Shown: one piece after another, positions 25,032 through 32,000 of the stretch
Numbering within the stretch: the first letter of the stretch is position 1
Layout: every line of letters begins with the position of its first letter
DNA from: Tannockella kyphosi
Lineage (GTDB): Bacteria; Bacillota_I; Bacilli_A; Erysipelotrichales; Coprobacillaceae
Assembly: GCF_021054785.1 (NCBI RefSeq)
Contig: NZ_CP088239.1
Location: 1,020,001-1,052,000, forward strand
Length of the DNA: 32,000 nt
Direction of reading: 5' to 3'
The notes under the pieces: model-generated
The model's database searches: none
What the model was told of the DNA's origin: nothing
Seen by the model: only the letters and a program-made list of their open reading frames with translations
Program-made: the position numbers and the translations under genes

Positions 25032-26228
25032 TTATAATTCTAATAAACGCATTGTATCTCTAGCAATCATTACTTCTTCATTAGTAGGAACAACCATTAC
25101 TTCTACTTGAGAATAAGGTGAAGAAATAACTCGATTATCTTTTGAACGTATTGCATTTAGAGATTCATCCAAATGACATCCTAACGCTCTTGAAACATTA
25201 TCAATGATAATACGACGTAAGTAACTAGCATTTTCTCCTACACCTGCTGTAAATGCAATGACATCTACTCCACCAAGTTCCATCACATAACTACCAATAT
25301 ATTTCGAAACAATTCTTGAATATAATAAACCTGTTAATAAAGCATCTTCATTTCCATCATTGAATAAAGCATTTTCGATATCACGTGAATCAGAAGAAAT
25401 TCCAGAAACACCTAGCATTCCTGATTCTTTATTATAAATATTCAATACTTCATCAGGGCTTTTATTTAACTTCTTGCACAAATAAGGCATAACAGAAGGA
25501 TCAACATCACCACAACGAGTTCCCATCATAACACCAGCTAATGGTGTGAATCCCATTGAAGTATCAATACATACTCCATCTTCTACTGCTGAAATACTAG
25601 CCCCATTACCTAAATGACAAACAATAACACGAGAATGTTTTGGATTCCCTAAATATTTAATAACTTCATTTGCTACATATTTATGACTAGTACCATGAGC
25701 TCCATATTTTCTAACTTTTAAATCAGAATAAAAACTTTTTGGTAAAGCATATAAATATCTTTCTGCATCTAATGTTTGATGAAATGCAGTATCAAAAACA
25801 AAGACATGTTCTACATCTCCTAATGCTTCTTTAAAAGCACGATACCCTATTAAATGTGCTGGATTATGTAAAGGAGCTAACTCACATAACTCTTCCACTT
25901 TACTTACAACATCATCATTCACTACTGCAGAATCACTAAAATATTCTCCACCATGAACAATTCGATGTCCTACAGCTCCTATTTCTGATAAATCATCTAC
26001 TACCTTATGTTCTACTAAAGCATCCAATAACAATTGTACTGCCACATTATGATCTAAAATTGGACACGTTACAACATGTTTTTTACCATCTACCTTTATT
26101 TCGAAATTTGCTTCCTCAAACCCAATTCTTTCAACAATCCCTGATGTAATTACTGATTCTTCAGGCATATTAAATAATTGGAACTTTAAAGAAGAACTTC
26201 CTGCGTTTACCGCCATTACTTTAACCAT
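25032..26228 (-). CDS. ackA: Acetate kinase
   Basis: Homology starts at MVKVMAVNAGSSSLKFQLF, the canonical AckA N-terminus. The ATG at 26228 is preceded by AGGAGGAAAAG. The 37 extra codons in the track ORF cover the predicted promoter. Other motifs: GHRIVHGG, FDTAFHQT, YGAHGTSH. Confidence 0.96.
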   Translation of the reverse strand: MVKVMAVNAGSSSLKFQLFNMPEESVITSGIVERIGFEEANFEIKVDGKKHVVTCPILDHNVAVQLLLDALVEHKVVDDLSEIGAVGHRIVHGGEYFSDSAVVNDDVVSKVEELCELAPLHNPAHLIGYRAFKEALGDVEHVFVFDTAFHQTLDAERYLYALPKSFYSDLKVRKYGAHGTSHKYVANEVIKYLGNPKHSRVIVCHLGNGASISAVEDGVCIDTSMGFTPLAGVMMGTRCGDVDPSVMPYLCKKLNKSPDEVLNIYNKESGMLGVSGISSDSRDIENALFNDGNEDALLTGLLYSRIVSKYIGSYVMELGGVDVIAFTAGVGENASYLRRIIIDNVSRALGCHLDESLNAIRSKDNRVISSPYSQVEVMVVPTNEEVMIARDTMRLLEL

Positions 26229-26254
26229 ACTTTTCCTCCTAAGTGTATATGTCC

Positions 26255-26283
26255 ATTTTATCAAATTTATGTAGCAAGAACAA
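26255..26283 (-). promoter_or_regulatory. SigmaA-type promoter for ackA
   Basis: Minus-strand reading TTGTTCttgctacataaatttgaTAAAAT. -35 TTGTTC (26278-26283), 17-nt spacer, extended -10 TGaTAAAAT (26255-26263). Confidence 0.5.
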
Positions 26284-26290
26284 GCATTTT

Positions 26291-26304
26291 TGAAAGGCCT
26301 TACA
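26291..26304 (-). promoter_or_regulatory. cre-like (CcpA-box-like) palindrome upstream of the ackA promoter
   Basis: The 14-mer TGTAAGGCCTTTCA (minus-strand reading) is a near-perfect palindrome. It matches every specified position of the cre consensus TGWAANCGNTNWCA except the central CG, which reads GC. It ends 7 nt upstream of the -35. Confidence 0.35.
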
Positions 26305-26308
26305 ACAC

Positions 26309-26342
26309 AAAAAAAGAATGGAGAAATAATTTCATCCACTCT
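26309..26342 (-). terminator. Rho-independent terminator after the SASP gene
   Basis: Transcript reads AGAGUGGA-(12-nt loop)-UCCAUUCU (8 bp with one G-U; arms 26335-26342 and 26315-26322), with the A-run 26309-26315 on + supplying about 6 trailing U. Confidence 0.45.
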
Positions 26343-26350
26343 TTTAAAGA

Positions 26351-26554
26351 TTATTTATTTGATTGACTCATTTGATTTTGTCCCATTGCTACTAATCGTT
26401 TCGTGATTTCTCCACCAACTGATCCATTAGCACGAGCAGTAGAATCTGGTCCTAAATGTACTCCAAATTCATTTGCAATTTCGTATTTCATTTGATCAAT
26501 TGCATTTTTAGCTCCTGGTACAACTAATTTGTTTGTTGAGTTGTTTGAATTCAT
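26351..26554 (-). CDS. sspA: Small acid-soluble spore protein, alpha/beta type
   Basis: 67 aa from ATG 26554, with AGGAGGTG 5 nt upstream. Both alpha/beta SASP signatures are present: KYEIANEFG (with the EIANEF germination-protease-type site) and GGEITKRLV. Assignment to sspA rests only on synteny with thiI-nifZ-ezrA as in B. subtilis. Confidence 0.88.
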   Translation of the reverse strand: MNSNNSTNKLVVPGAKNAIDQMKYEIANEFGVHLGPDSTARANGSVGGEITKRLVAMGQNQMSQSNK

Positions 26555-26575
26555 ATTTCCACCTCCTGACAACAT

Positions 26576-26604
26576 TATCTTGTGCCAAAATAGAAATAAT
26601 ATGC
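26576..26604 (-). promoter_or_regulatory. Forespore sigmaG-type promoter candidate for the SASP gene
   Basis: Minus-strand reading ttgtttGCATAttatttctattttggcaCAAGATAatg. -35 GCATA (26600-26604) fits GHATR. 17-nt spacer. -10 CAAGATA (26576-26582) fits CAHWHTA at 6 of 7 positions (consensus as I recall it). No sigmaA-like hexamers are present. Confidence 0.5.
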
Positions 26605-26621
26605 AAACAAATTAAAATATA

Positions 26622-27818
26622 TTAAAAGAAATCTTCATCCTGATCAATCGTACCATCCACCACTACTAATTCTGCAGTTTCTACACATTCTTTAACTAAT
26701 GCTTCAAAATCAAAAGCATCTTCAAATCCTCTTGCTTTATACGCTTTTGGTTTTGTTGCTGGAGCTTTCGGTGTAAAGATAGTACAACAATCTTCATGTG
26801 GACGAATCGATATTTCATATGTCCCAATATTTTTTGCAATATCAATAATTTCAAGTTTATCCAAACATAAAACAGGACGTAAAATAGGAATATTTACTAC
26901 TTCTGTGATTGCTTGCATACTATGTAATGTTTGACTGGCAACCTGACCAATACTTTCTCCATTTACTAATGCTAAACAATCTCTTTTAGCGGCTAATTGC
27001 TCACTAATACGATACATCATACGACGCATAACTGTCATTGCATAACTTTCATCACTATGATCATATACTGCTAATTGTAACTTTGTAAAATCAATAACAT
27101 GAACATTTATTTTTCCATGAGTGTATTGACGCATCACATCCACTAAATCTAACATTTTTTGACGTGCTTGTTGATTTGTATATGGTGGAGAAGCGAAGTG
27201 AATACATTCAATATCCACTCCTCTTTTCATTGTTAAATAACCCGCTACAGGAGAATCAATACCTCCTGAAAGCATTAATAAAGCTTTGCCACCTACTCCA
27301 ACTGGATATCCTCCAGCACCTTTTTTTACATTATCCATAATATAGATTGCATCCACACGGATATCAACAATAATCAACATTTCCGGATTACGAACATCTA
27401 CTTTTAGTTCTCTATTAGCGTGATGAAAAACATGAGTTGCTAATTCTCTATTAATTTCATTCGAAGTTCCTGGAAAATTCTTATCCGCTCTTTTTGTTTG
27501 AATTTTAAAAGTTAATTTATCATCCTCATTAATCATCTTACTTACAATTTCTTTTACTAACTCTAAATCTCTATCTACTTTATAAGCAACCGAAAAAGAA
27601 TAAATCCCAAATATCGTTGCTACTTTTTTAGAAACCTCTTCATGATCATGACCATGTAATAAAATATACATACGATCATGTTTTAAATCATATGTTAAAT
27701 CTGGAAAATCAGCTAAGATTTCCTTTGCATTTTTTAATAACTTTGCTGTAAATAATTTACGATTTTTACCTTTTGTTGATAATTCTCCAAAACGTACTAA
27801 TATATAATTTGCTTCCAT
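26622..27818 (-). CDS. thiI: tRNA 4-thiouridine synthase / thiamine biosynthesis protein ThiI
   Basis: 398 aa. N-terminal ferredoxin-like/THUMP region (ILVRFGELSTKGKNR) and PP-loop LLMLSGGIDSPVA. It starts 3 nt after the nifZ stop. Confidence 0.95.
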   Translation of the reverse strand: MEANYILVRFGELSTKGKNRKLFTAKLLKNAKEILADFPDLTYDLKHDRMYILLHGHDHEEVSKKVATIFGIYSFSVAYKVDRDLELVKEIVSKMINEDDKLTFKIQTKRADKNFPGTSNEINRELATHVFHHANRELKVDVRNPEMLIIVDIRVDAIYIMDNVKKGAGGYPVGVGGKALLMLSGGIDSPVAGYLTMKRGVDIECIHFASPPYTNQQARQKMLDLVDVMRQYTHGKINVHVIDFTKLQLAVYDHSDESYAMTVMRRMMYRISEQLAAKRDCLALVNGESIGQVASQTLHSMQAITEVVNIPILRPVLCLDKLEIIDIAKNIGTYEISIRPHEDCCTIFTPKAPATKPKAYKARGFEDAFDFEALVKECVETAELVVVDGTIDQDEDFF

Positions 27819-27821
27819 ATT

Positions 27822-28958
27822 TTACCTCTTTTTTCTAGTTTTTATAAGTGATTCTTTTAAATAATAAATAAACTCATCAATTTGTTCCATCGTAGTTTCA
27901 CTACCAAAGCTAATTCTCATTGCACTACTTGCAATATCTTCATCCAACCCTAATTGCTTCATAACTCTTGAAACACTTTCTGTTTTAGAACTACAAGCAC
28001 TACGAGTTGATAAATAAATATTATTTGCTTCTAATGCATGCATAATAACTTCTGGTTTATAACCTATACAAGAGAAATTAATTATGGCATTAGAAGAACA
28101 TTCTTTTTTTGTATTAATAACTACATCTTGTAAATCGGTTAATTTTTGACGTGTATAATCATTTAAAAAATTAACATGACTTTGCTTTTGTTTAAAATCA
28201 TCCATAGCTAATCGTAATGTTTTAGCAAAAACAATATTCGTACAAGCATCTGATGTTCCACCACGAATATTAAATTCCTGTTGTCCACCACTGATTAATG
28301 ATACCAATTGTATTTTTTTGCTTTTATATAATAAACCACTACCCTTTAATCCATGGATCTTATGTGCAGAAAAAGATGCTAAATCAACAACATTTAAATC
28401 AATAGCTACTTTTGTTAGTGCTTGAACCATATCACTATGAAAGATTACTTTTGGATAATCCTGTAATATCTTTTTAATTGCTTTTAAATCATTAAAACTA
28501 CCCACCTCATTATTCACACACATAATACTAACTAATATCGTGTCCTCACGTAATTTATTCTTTAAATCTTCTAAACTAACACAGCCATACTTATCTACTG
28601 TTAAATAATCTACTTCAAACCCAAATACAGTCTCTAATTGACGACATGCTTCATAAACGGATGAATGTTCAACACTAGTAGTAATAATATGTTTTCCTCT
28701 ATTTGCATATTGAAAAGCAACACCCTTAATTGCTAAATTATTAGCTTCACTCCCACAACTAGTAAAAATCAATTCTTCACTATTACATTGTAGCATTTGT
28801 CCTAATAACTCTCGTGACTTTTCCATATAACGAGCCACTTGTAATCCAGCATCATACATAGAATCTGCATTAAAGAAATGATTTGTCAACAGGTCTTGAT
28901 AAGATGCTTGAACTTCTTTATCTAAAGGTGTCGTTGCAGCATAATCTAAATATATCAT
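27822..28958 (-). CDS. nifZ: Cysteine desulfurase (NifS/IscS class V aminotransferase), ThiI partner
   Basis: Homology begins at MIYLDYAATTPL. The ATG at 28958 has AGGAGG 6 nt upstream. PLP-lysine context SAHKIHGLKGSG, catalytic Cys loop STRSACSS. Adjacent to thiI as in B. subtilis nifZ-thiI. Confidence 0.93.
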   Translation of the reverse strand: MIYLDYAATTPLDKEVQASYQDLLTNHFFNADSMYDAGLQVARYMEKSRELLGQMLQCNSEELIFTSCGSEANNLAIKGVAFQYANRGKHIITTSVEHSSVYEACRQLETVFGFEVDYLTVDKYGCVSLEDLKNKLREDTILVSIMCVNNEVGSFNDLKAIKKILQDYPKVIFHSDMVQALTKVAIDLNVVDLASFSAHKIHGLKGSGLLYKSKKIQLVSLISGGQQEFNIRGGTSDACTNIVFAKTLRLAMDDFKQKQSHVNFLNDYTRQKLTDLQDVVINTKKECSSNAIINFSCIGYKPEVIMHALEANNIYLSTRSACSSKTESVSRVMKQLGLDEDIASSAMRISFGSETTMEQIDEFIYYLKESLIKTRKKR

Positions 28959-28990
28959 TTTAATCCTCCTCTTTATAATATGCATAAAAG

Positions 28991-29022
28991 TAAGAAAAAA
29001 GTCTAAATTTTTTCAGACTTTT
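28991..29022 (-). terminator. A+T-rich terminator-like hairpin at the ezrA 3' end
   Basis: Transcript reads AAAAGUCU-GAAAAAAUUU-AGACUUUU followed by UUCUUAC (arms 29015-29022 and 28997-29004). The ezrA TAG lies within the structure. Confidence 0.4.
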
Positions 29023-30745
29023 TAGTACTGTTCACTAATGTTTCATATGATCCCGGTTTTATTTTTTCAATAATATCGACAGCAATTGTCAATGCCTTAG
29101 TATACTCACCATTTTTAAATAATAATTCAGCCTTTGTAAGTTCCGTATTAACTTCTAAAAAAGTAGAACGATAACGATTTCCATATACAATTGCATCTTC
29201 TACCATTTCGGCAGTAACAATTAAATTATGAATATTATCATATAATTCATAAATAACATCTCTAGCAGTATCCACTTGTAATGATAATTTCTCTAAATCA
29301 ATTGGTCTTTGTCTAGTGAATTTTAATATTTCTTCTGCTCGTTGATAAGAATCATCAATATAATCTTGATATGTTTCACTAATCATTGGGAGCTGCTTGT
29401 TTTTTATTTCTGATTTTATTTCTAATAAAACAATATTAATATTATCCAATTCATCTAAAGCACGTTTTTCTTGAATACGCAAAGATTCTTTTTTCTCTTT
29501 ATAAATAACAAGTAACTCTAAATAAGGTTGACATTCTTCTACAATTTTATCAAACTCAGCCATCATTTGACCATAAGAGAATACATTATCTAAAATAGCA
29601 TGACGATAATCACTCAAACGACTCATAATAGCTAAGAATTTATCATAATCACTTTTAATATCAAATTCAAAATGAACATGATAGTTTTTTTGTAACTCAA
29701 ACAAAGACTCTACCGTTTCACTTAATTGTTTTTCTAAAGATTCTACTAAATCAAAAGTTTCTTTTGATTTTTTAGCAAAACCACCAAATGCAACTTCTTC
29801 TGTTTCTAAATCATTCATTAATCCATCTAATTCAACAGTAATCACTTCAATAGCTTGTGCAACAGACGCTAACTTTAATAATTTAATATCATTCGTCATT
29901 GAATTTGTATCATAATCAATTTTTTGTAATCTTTCATCTAAATGAATACGTTCTAAAGCAAATCCTGTTTTTTTCATACTCTCTGCTTTTTCATGAATAA
30001 CTTTTAAACGTTGAGGAATGTATTTACGGATAATTGCTACATAAGATGGTAAATCACGGATATTTGCAAACAACATATCAATTTTTTTATCAATAACATT
30101 CGTATATTCTTTAGCTTGTTCAAATTCTTGATCATTCATAAAGTTTTCAAGTTTCACAAAACACTGATCAATATCTTTAAACTCATTATCAATCAAAGGA
30201 ATATAATCATCTATTTTACAACGATTTGTTTGATACTCATCTTGTGTATTACGATATTTTTCCTTTATTTTAATAATTGCTAATCGTTGAATATTTTCAA
30301 CTTCTGTTACAGATTCAATTTCATCTAATAAAGTTTTTGAATCTTTTTCATATTGATCTATTTTATCACGTAGTAAACGTAATTTTCTTTTAACACCACG
30401 AGTTTTTCGAGAATATAACTTTTCATCAATTTCATTAATAACAGATAAAAGTTCTGTTTCTTGAAAACGAGATAATTCAACATGACGTTTTTGAAAATTT
30501 TCAAAATCAACATCAACATTTGGCATACTTCTCATAATTCCTTGTACTCTACCCAAACGGTACTGTATTGGTAATGTTTTTATCGCATTCATTTTGTTTT
30601 CAAGCATTACGAATGTTTTACGAAAATTTTTCAAACGGAAAAAATAATAAGCTGTAAAAATAATTACAAACCCAAGAATTCCAACTAAAATAAGTATTTG
30701 TTGTTCCCTTGATATCTGATTGATTATTTCGATTACTTGGTCCAT
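29003..30745 (-). CDS. ezrA: Septation ring formation regulator EzrA
   Basis: 580 aa. A single N-terminal TM (ILILVGILGFVIIFTAYYFF) is followed by long coiled-coil repeats. The size and architecture match EzrA, as does synteny with nifZ-thiI. GGGGGGAAG RBS. Confidence 0.88.
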   Translation of the reverse strand: MDQVIEIINQISREQQILILVGILGFVIIFTAYYFFRLKNFRKTFVMLENKMNAIKTLPIQYRLGRVQGIMRSMPNVDVDFENFQKRHVELSRFQETELLSVINEIDEKLYSRKTRGVKRKLRLLRDKIDQYEKDSKTLLDEIESVTEVENIQRLAIIKIKEKYRNTQDEYQTNRCKIDDYIPLIDNEFKDIDQCFVKLENFMNDQEFEQAKEYTNVIDKKIDMLFANIRDLPSYVAIIRKYIPQRLKVIHEKAESMKKTGFALERIHLDERLQKIDYDTNSMTNDIKLLKLASVAQAIEVITVELDGLMNDLETEEVAFGGFAKKSKETFDLVESLEKQLSETVESLFELQKNYHVHFEFDIKSDYDKFLAIMSRLSDYRHAILDNVFSYGQMMAEFDKIVEECQPYLELLVIYKEKKESLRIQEKRALDELDNINIVLLEIKSEIKNKQLPMISETYQDYIDDSYQRAEEILKFTRQRPIDLEKLSLQVDTARDVIYELYDNIHNLIVTAEMVEDAIVYGNRYRSTFLEVNTELTKAELLFKNGEYTKALTIAVDIIEKIKPGSYETLVNSTKKSEKI

Positions 30746-30779
30746 ATTTCTTCCCCCTATAGCTTTTTCATTCCTAAAT

Positions 30780-30808
30780 ATTATAACATAATTAATATAC
30801 TATGTCTA
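30780..30808 (-). promoter_or_regulatory. SigmaA-type promoter for ezrA
   Basis: Minus-strand reading tTAGACAtagtatattaattatgtTATAATa. -35 TAGACA (30803-30808), 17-nt spacer, extended -10 TGtTATAAT (30780-30788). Confidence 0.6.
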
Positions 30809-30855
30809 AATTTTCTCAAAAATGATGTTATAAAAATCTATCTTTCCATTAAAAA

Positions 30856-31692
30856 TTATTCGTTCTTTTTTAAGTTTGCTTTGCGTCCAAAAAAAATACT
30901 CATAACTAAGAATAAACAGGATATAATCTGTTTAAAACTACTATCTTGATAAATAATGAAAGCAAGTAAAGATGTAACAATTGGATTGAATCCTAAATAA
31001 TAACTAGTAGCAACACTACCAATCGAACGTATCGCTTTTAAAGTGATTAGTTGGATATAACAAAATCCAATACCAGAAACACTTAGAAATACTATCCACC
31101 ACAAGATCGGAACATTTTTCAAAGAAATCAAATGAAAATCCAACACAAAAAAGTTCAAAAATGTAATAAATATTGTTCCAATAAAATAATATTCAAAACA
31201 AAATGAAAAGTGGTTATTTAAAACTGATTTTCTTTGTATCAAGACATTTCCTATTGCACTACAAATAACACTTAGTAACATCAATAAATATCCAAAATTT
31301 AAATCTTGAATAGAAAAAACAAGAGAAATAAATATAGCTATAAAAGACAAGGTATGATAAGTAGCATCCCATCTATCTTTTAATAAGAGTAATGTTATTA
31401 TTGGTAATAGTCCATTCATACTAGCTAAAGAGGCTCCTGAAACAAATTCAATAGCTAAAAAAGTAAATAAAAAATTACAAAAAATTGCAAAAAAAGCAAT
31501 AAATATCATTTGTAAATTTATATGTAGTTGAATCCTTTGTTTTTTATAAATACATAAACAAAACAAAAGAACACATAACAATCCTAATCGTAGATTAGCT
31601 AAAAATAAAGGAGCTATGTATTGTGCCATTTCTTTCATCACTATTACATTAATTCCCCACAAAATACTTGCCAACACTAATTGTTTTATCAT
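30856..31692 (-). CDS. EamA/DMT-superfamily transporter (about 10 TM segments)
   Basis: 278 aa and almost entirely hydrophobic. It has the two-halves organisation typical of EamA-domain proteins (LASILWGINVIVMK... and ...SAIGNVLIQRK...). GGTGA RBS. Confidence 0.8.
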   Translation of the reverse strand: MIKQLVLASILWGINVIVMKEMAQYIAPLFLANLRLGLLCVLLFCLCIYKKQRIQLHINLQMIFIAFFAIFCNFLFTFLAIEFVSGASLASMNGLLPIITLLLLKDRWDATYHTLSFIAIFISLVFSIQDLNFGYLLMLLSVICSAIGNVLIQRKSVLNNHFSFCFEYYFIGTIFITFLNFFVLDFHLISLKNVPILWWIVFLSVSGIGFCYIQLITLKAIRSIGSVATSYYLGFNPIVTSLLAFIIYQDSSFKQIISCLFLVMSIFFGRKANLKKNE

Positions 31693-31716
31693 TTCATCAC
31701 CACTTATAGTATAACC

Positions 31717-31737
31717 AAAAAAAAGACCGAAAGTCGT
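31717..31737 (-). terminator. Weak terminator candidate after ribF
   Basis: A short stem (GAC/GUC core, arms 31733-31735 and 31725-27, extendable by A-U pairs) is followed by an 8-U tract (A-run 31717-24 on +). The stem is marginal. Confidence 0.25.
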
Positions 31738-32000
31738 TTATCGAAAATATTCGATACACTTCTTTTGGTCATTATTTAATTGTTCGATTAAATGTTCTAA
31801 AGATGAAAATTTCATTTCATTACGAATTCTTTGTTGAAAAGAAACTTTAATTATTTTGTCATAAATCATTTCATCAAAACCAAAAAGATGAACTTCTAAA
31901 CTTGGTTTTTCAATATCTCCAAATGTAGGATTAATTCCAATATTCGTCATTGCAAAATATTCCTGTTTTTCATATTCTACAACACAAGCATAAACACCAT
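31738..32000 (-). CDS. ribF: Bifunctional riboflavin kinase / FAD synthetase, C-terminal (riboflavin kinase) part; 5' end beyond the window
   Basis: The reading frame stays open to the window edge: ...GVYACVVEYEKQEYFAMTNIGINPTFGDIEKPSLEVHLFGFDEMIYDKIIKVSFQQRIRNEMKFSSLEHLIEQL. The NIGxxPTF and EVHLxxFD motifs are typical of the riboflavin kinase domain. Confidence 0.88.
   Translation of the reverse strand, partial: GVYACVVEYEKQEYFAMTNIGINPTFGDIEKPSLEVHLFGFDEMIYDKIIKVSFQQRIRNEMKFSSLEHLIEQLNNDQKKCIEYFR

Noticed and set aside
26229-26339. 37-codon N-terminal extension of ackA in the track ORF.
   Set aside because: The canonical acetate kinase N-terminus (MVKVMAVNAGSSSLKF) starts at 26228 behind AGGAGGAAAAG. 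The extension spans the predicted promoter, the cre-like site and the SASP terminator.
26555-26575. 7-codon extension of the SASP ORF (MLSGGGN).
   Set aside because: The codons for GGG are in fact the AGGAGGTG RBS of the ATG at 26554. The upstream ATG sits immediately downstream of the predicted -10 element, upstream of the predicted transcription start, so it would probably not be transcribed.
28959-28985. 9-codon extension of the cysteine desulfurase ORF (MHIIKRRIK).
   Set aside because: ATG at 28958 has AGGAGG at ideal spacing and matches the usual MIYLDYAATTP start. That RBS would lie inside the extension.
30780-30810. dif-like sequence (TAGTATATTAATTATGTTATAAT on the minus strand) upstream of ezrA, considered because xerC is in the window.
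   Set aside because: By my hand alignment only about 15 of 22 positions match the B. subtilis dif core as I recall it. The conserved XerD arm (TTATGTAAACT) and the left arm (ACTTCC) do not match. The same bases are fully explained as the ezrA promoter. Chance similarity is likely in A+T-rich DNA.
1-32000. Search for tRNA, rRNA, CRISPR repeats, IS elements with inverted repeats, prophage, restriction-modification, toxin-antitoxin or other defence modules.
   Set aside because: No intergenic region exceeds about 150 nt, and each is accounted for by promoter, terminator or leader signals. I saw no repeated spacer-repeat periodicity. Every ORF over 60 aa on the coding strand has a housekeeping or plausible cellular assignment except the membrane protein and the lipoprotein reported above.

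Overview
AT-rich, very tightly packed housekeeping region of a low-GC Firmicute (Bacilli/Erysipelotrichia-like). All 33 coding regions I can support lie on the minus strand. Standard genetic code: TGA ends rimM and trmD at their expected C-termini. Read along the minus strand (high to low coordinates) the order is: ribF (partial), an EamA/DMT transporter, ezrA, nifZ/iscS-thiI, an alpha/beta-type SASP, ackA, a small acidic lipoprotein, nrnA-like DHH phosphoesterase plus a 556-aa membrane protein of unknown function, OmpR-type response regulator plus histidine kinase, xpt, smc-ftsY-ylxM-ffh, rpsP-KH(ylqC)-rimM-trmD-rplS, lepB, rbgA(ylqF)-rnhB, dprA-topA-trmFO-xerC, rpsB-tsf-pyrH-frr-uppS (partial). 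The lower 19 kb follows the Bacillus subtilis smc-to-uppS order, but several blocks present there are missing (rnc, sucCD, hslVU-codY, fla/che). I corrected several ORF-track starts using RBS position and homolog N-termini: rpsB, ackA, nifZ, SASP, ftsY, trmFO, xerC and dprA. Intergenic regions are all under about 150 nt. They hold recognisable sigmaA-type promoters, rho-independent terminators, a sigmaG-like promoter in front of the SASP gene, a cre-like palindrome upstream of ackA, and a G+C-rich candidate leader upstream of rplS. I found no tRNA, rRNA, CRISPR array, IS or transposon, prophage, or recognisable defence or toxin-antitoxin module. I see no convincing evidence for a novel multi-gene system. 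The least explained content is at about 21.7-24.9 kb: the nrnA-coupled membrane protein and the orphan lipoprotein. Two context oddities also stand out: a two-component system and xpt fused upstream of smc, and an EamA transporter next to ribF. All homology calls come from motif recognition by eye, not database searches.
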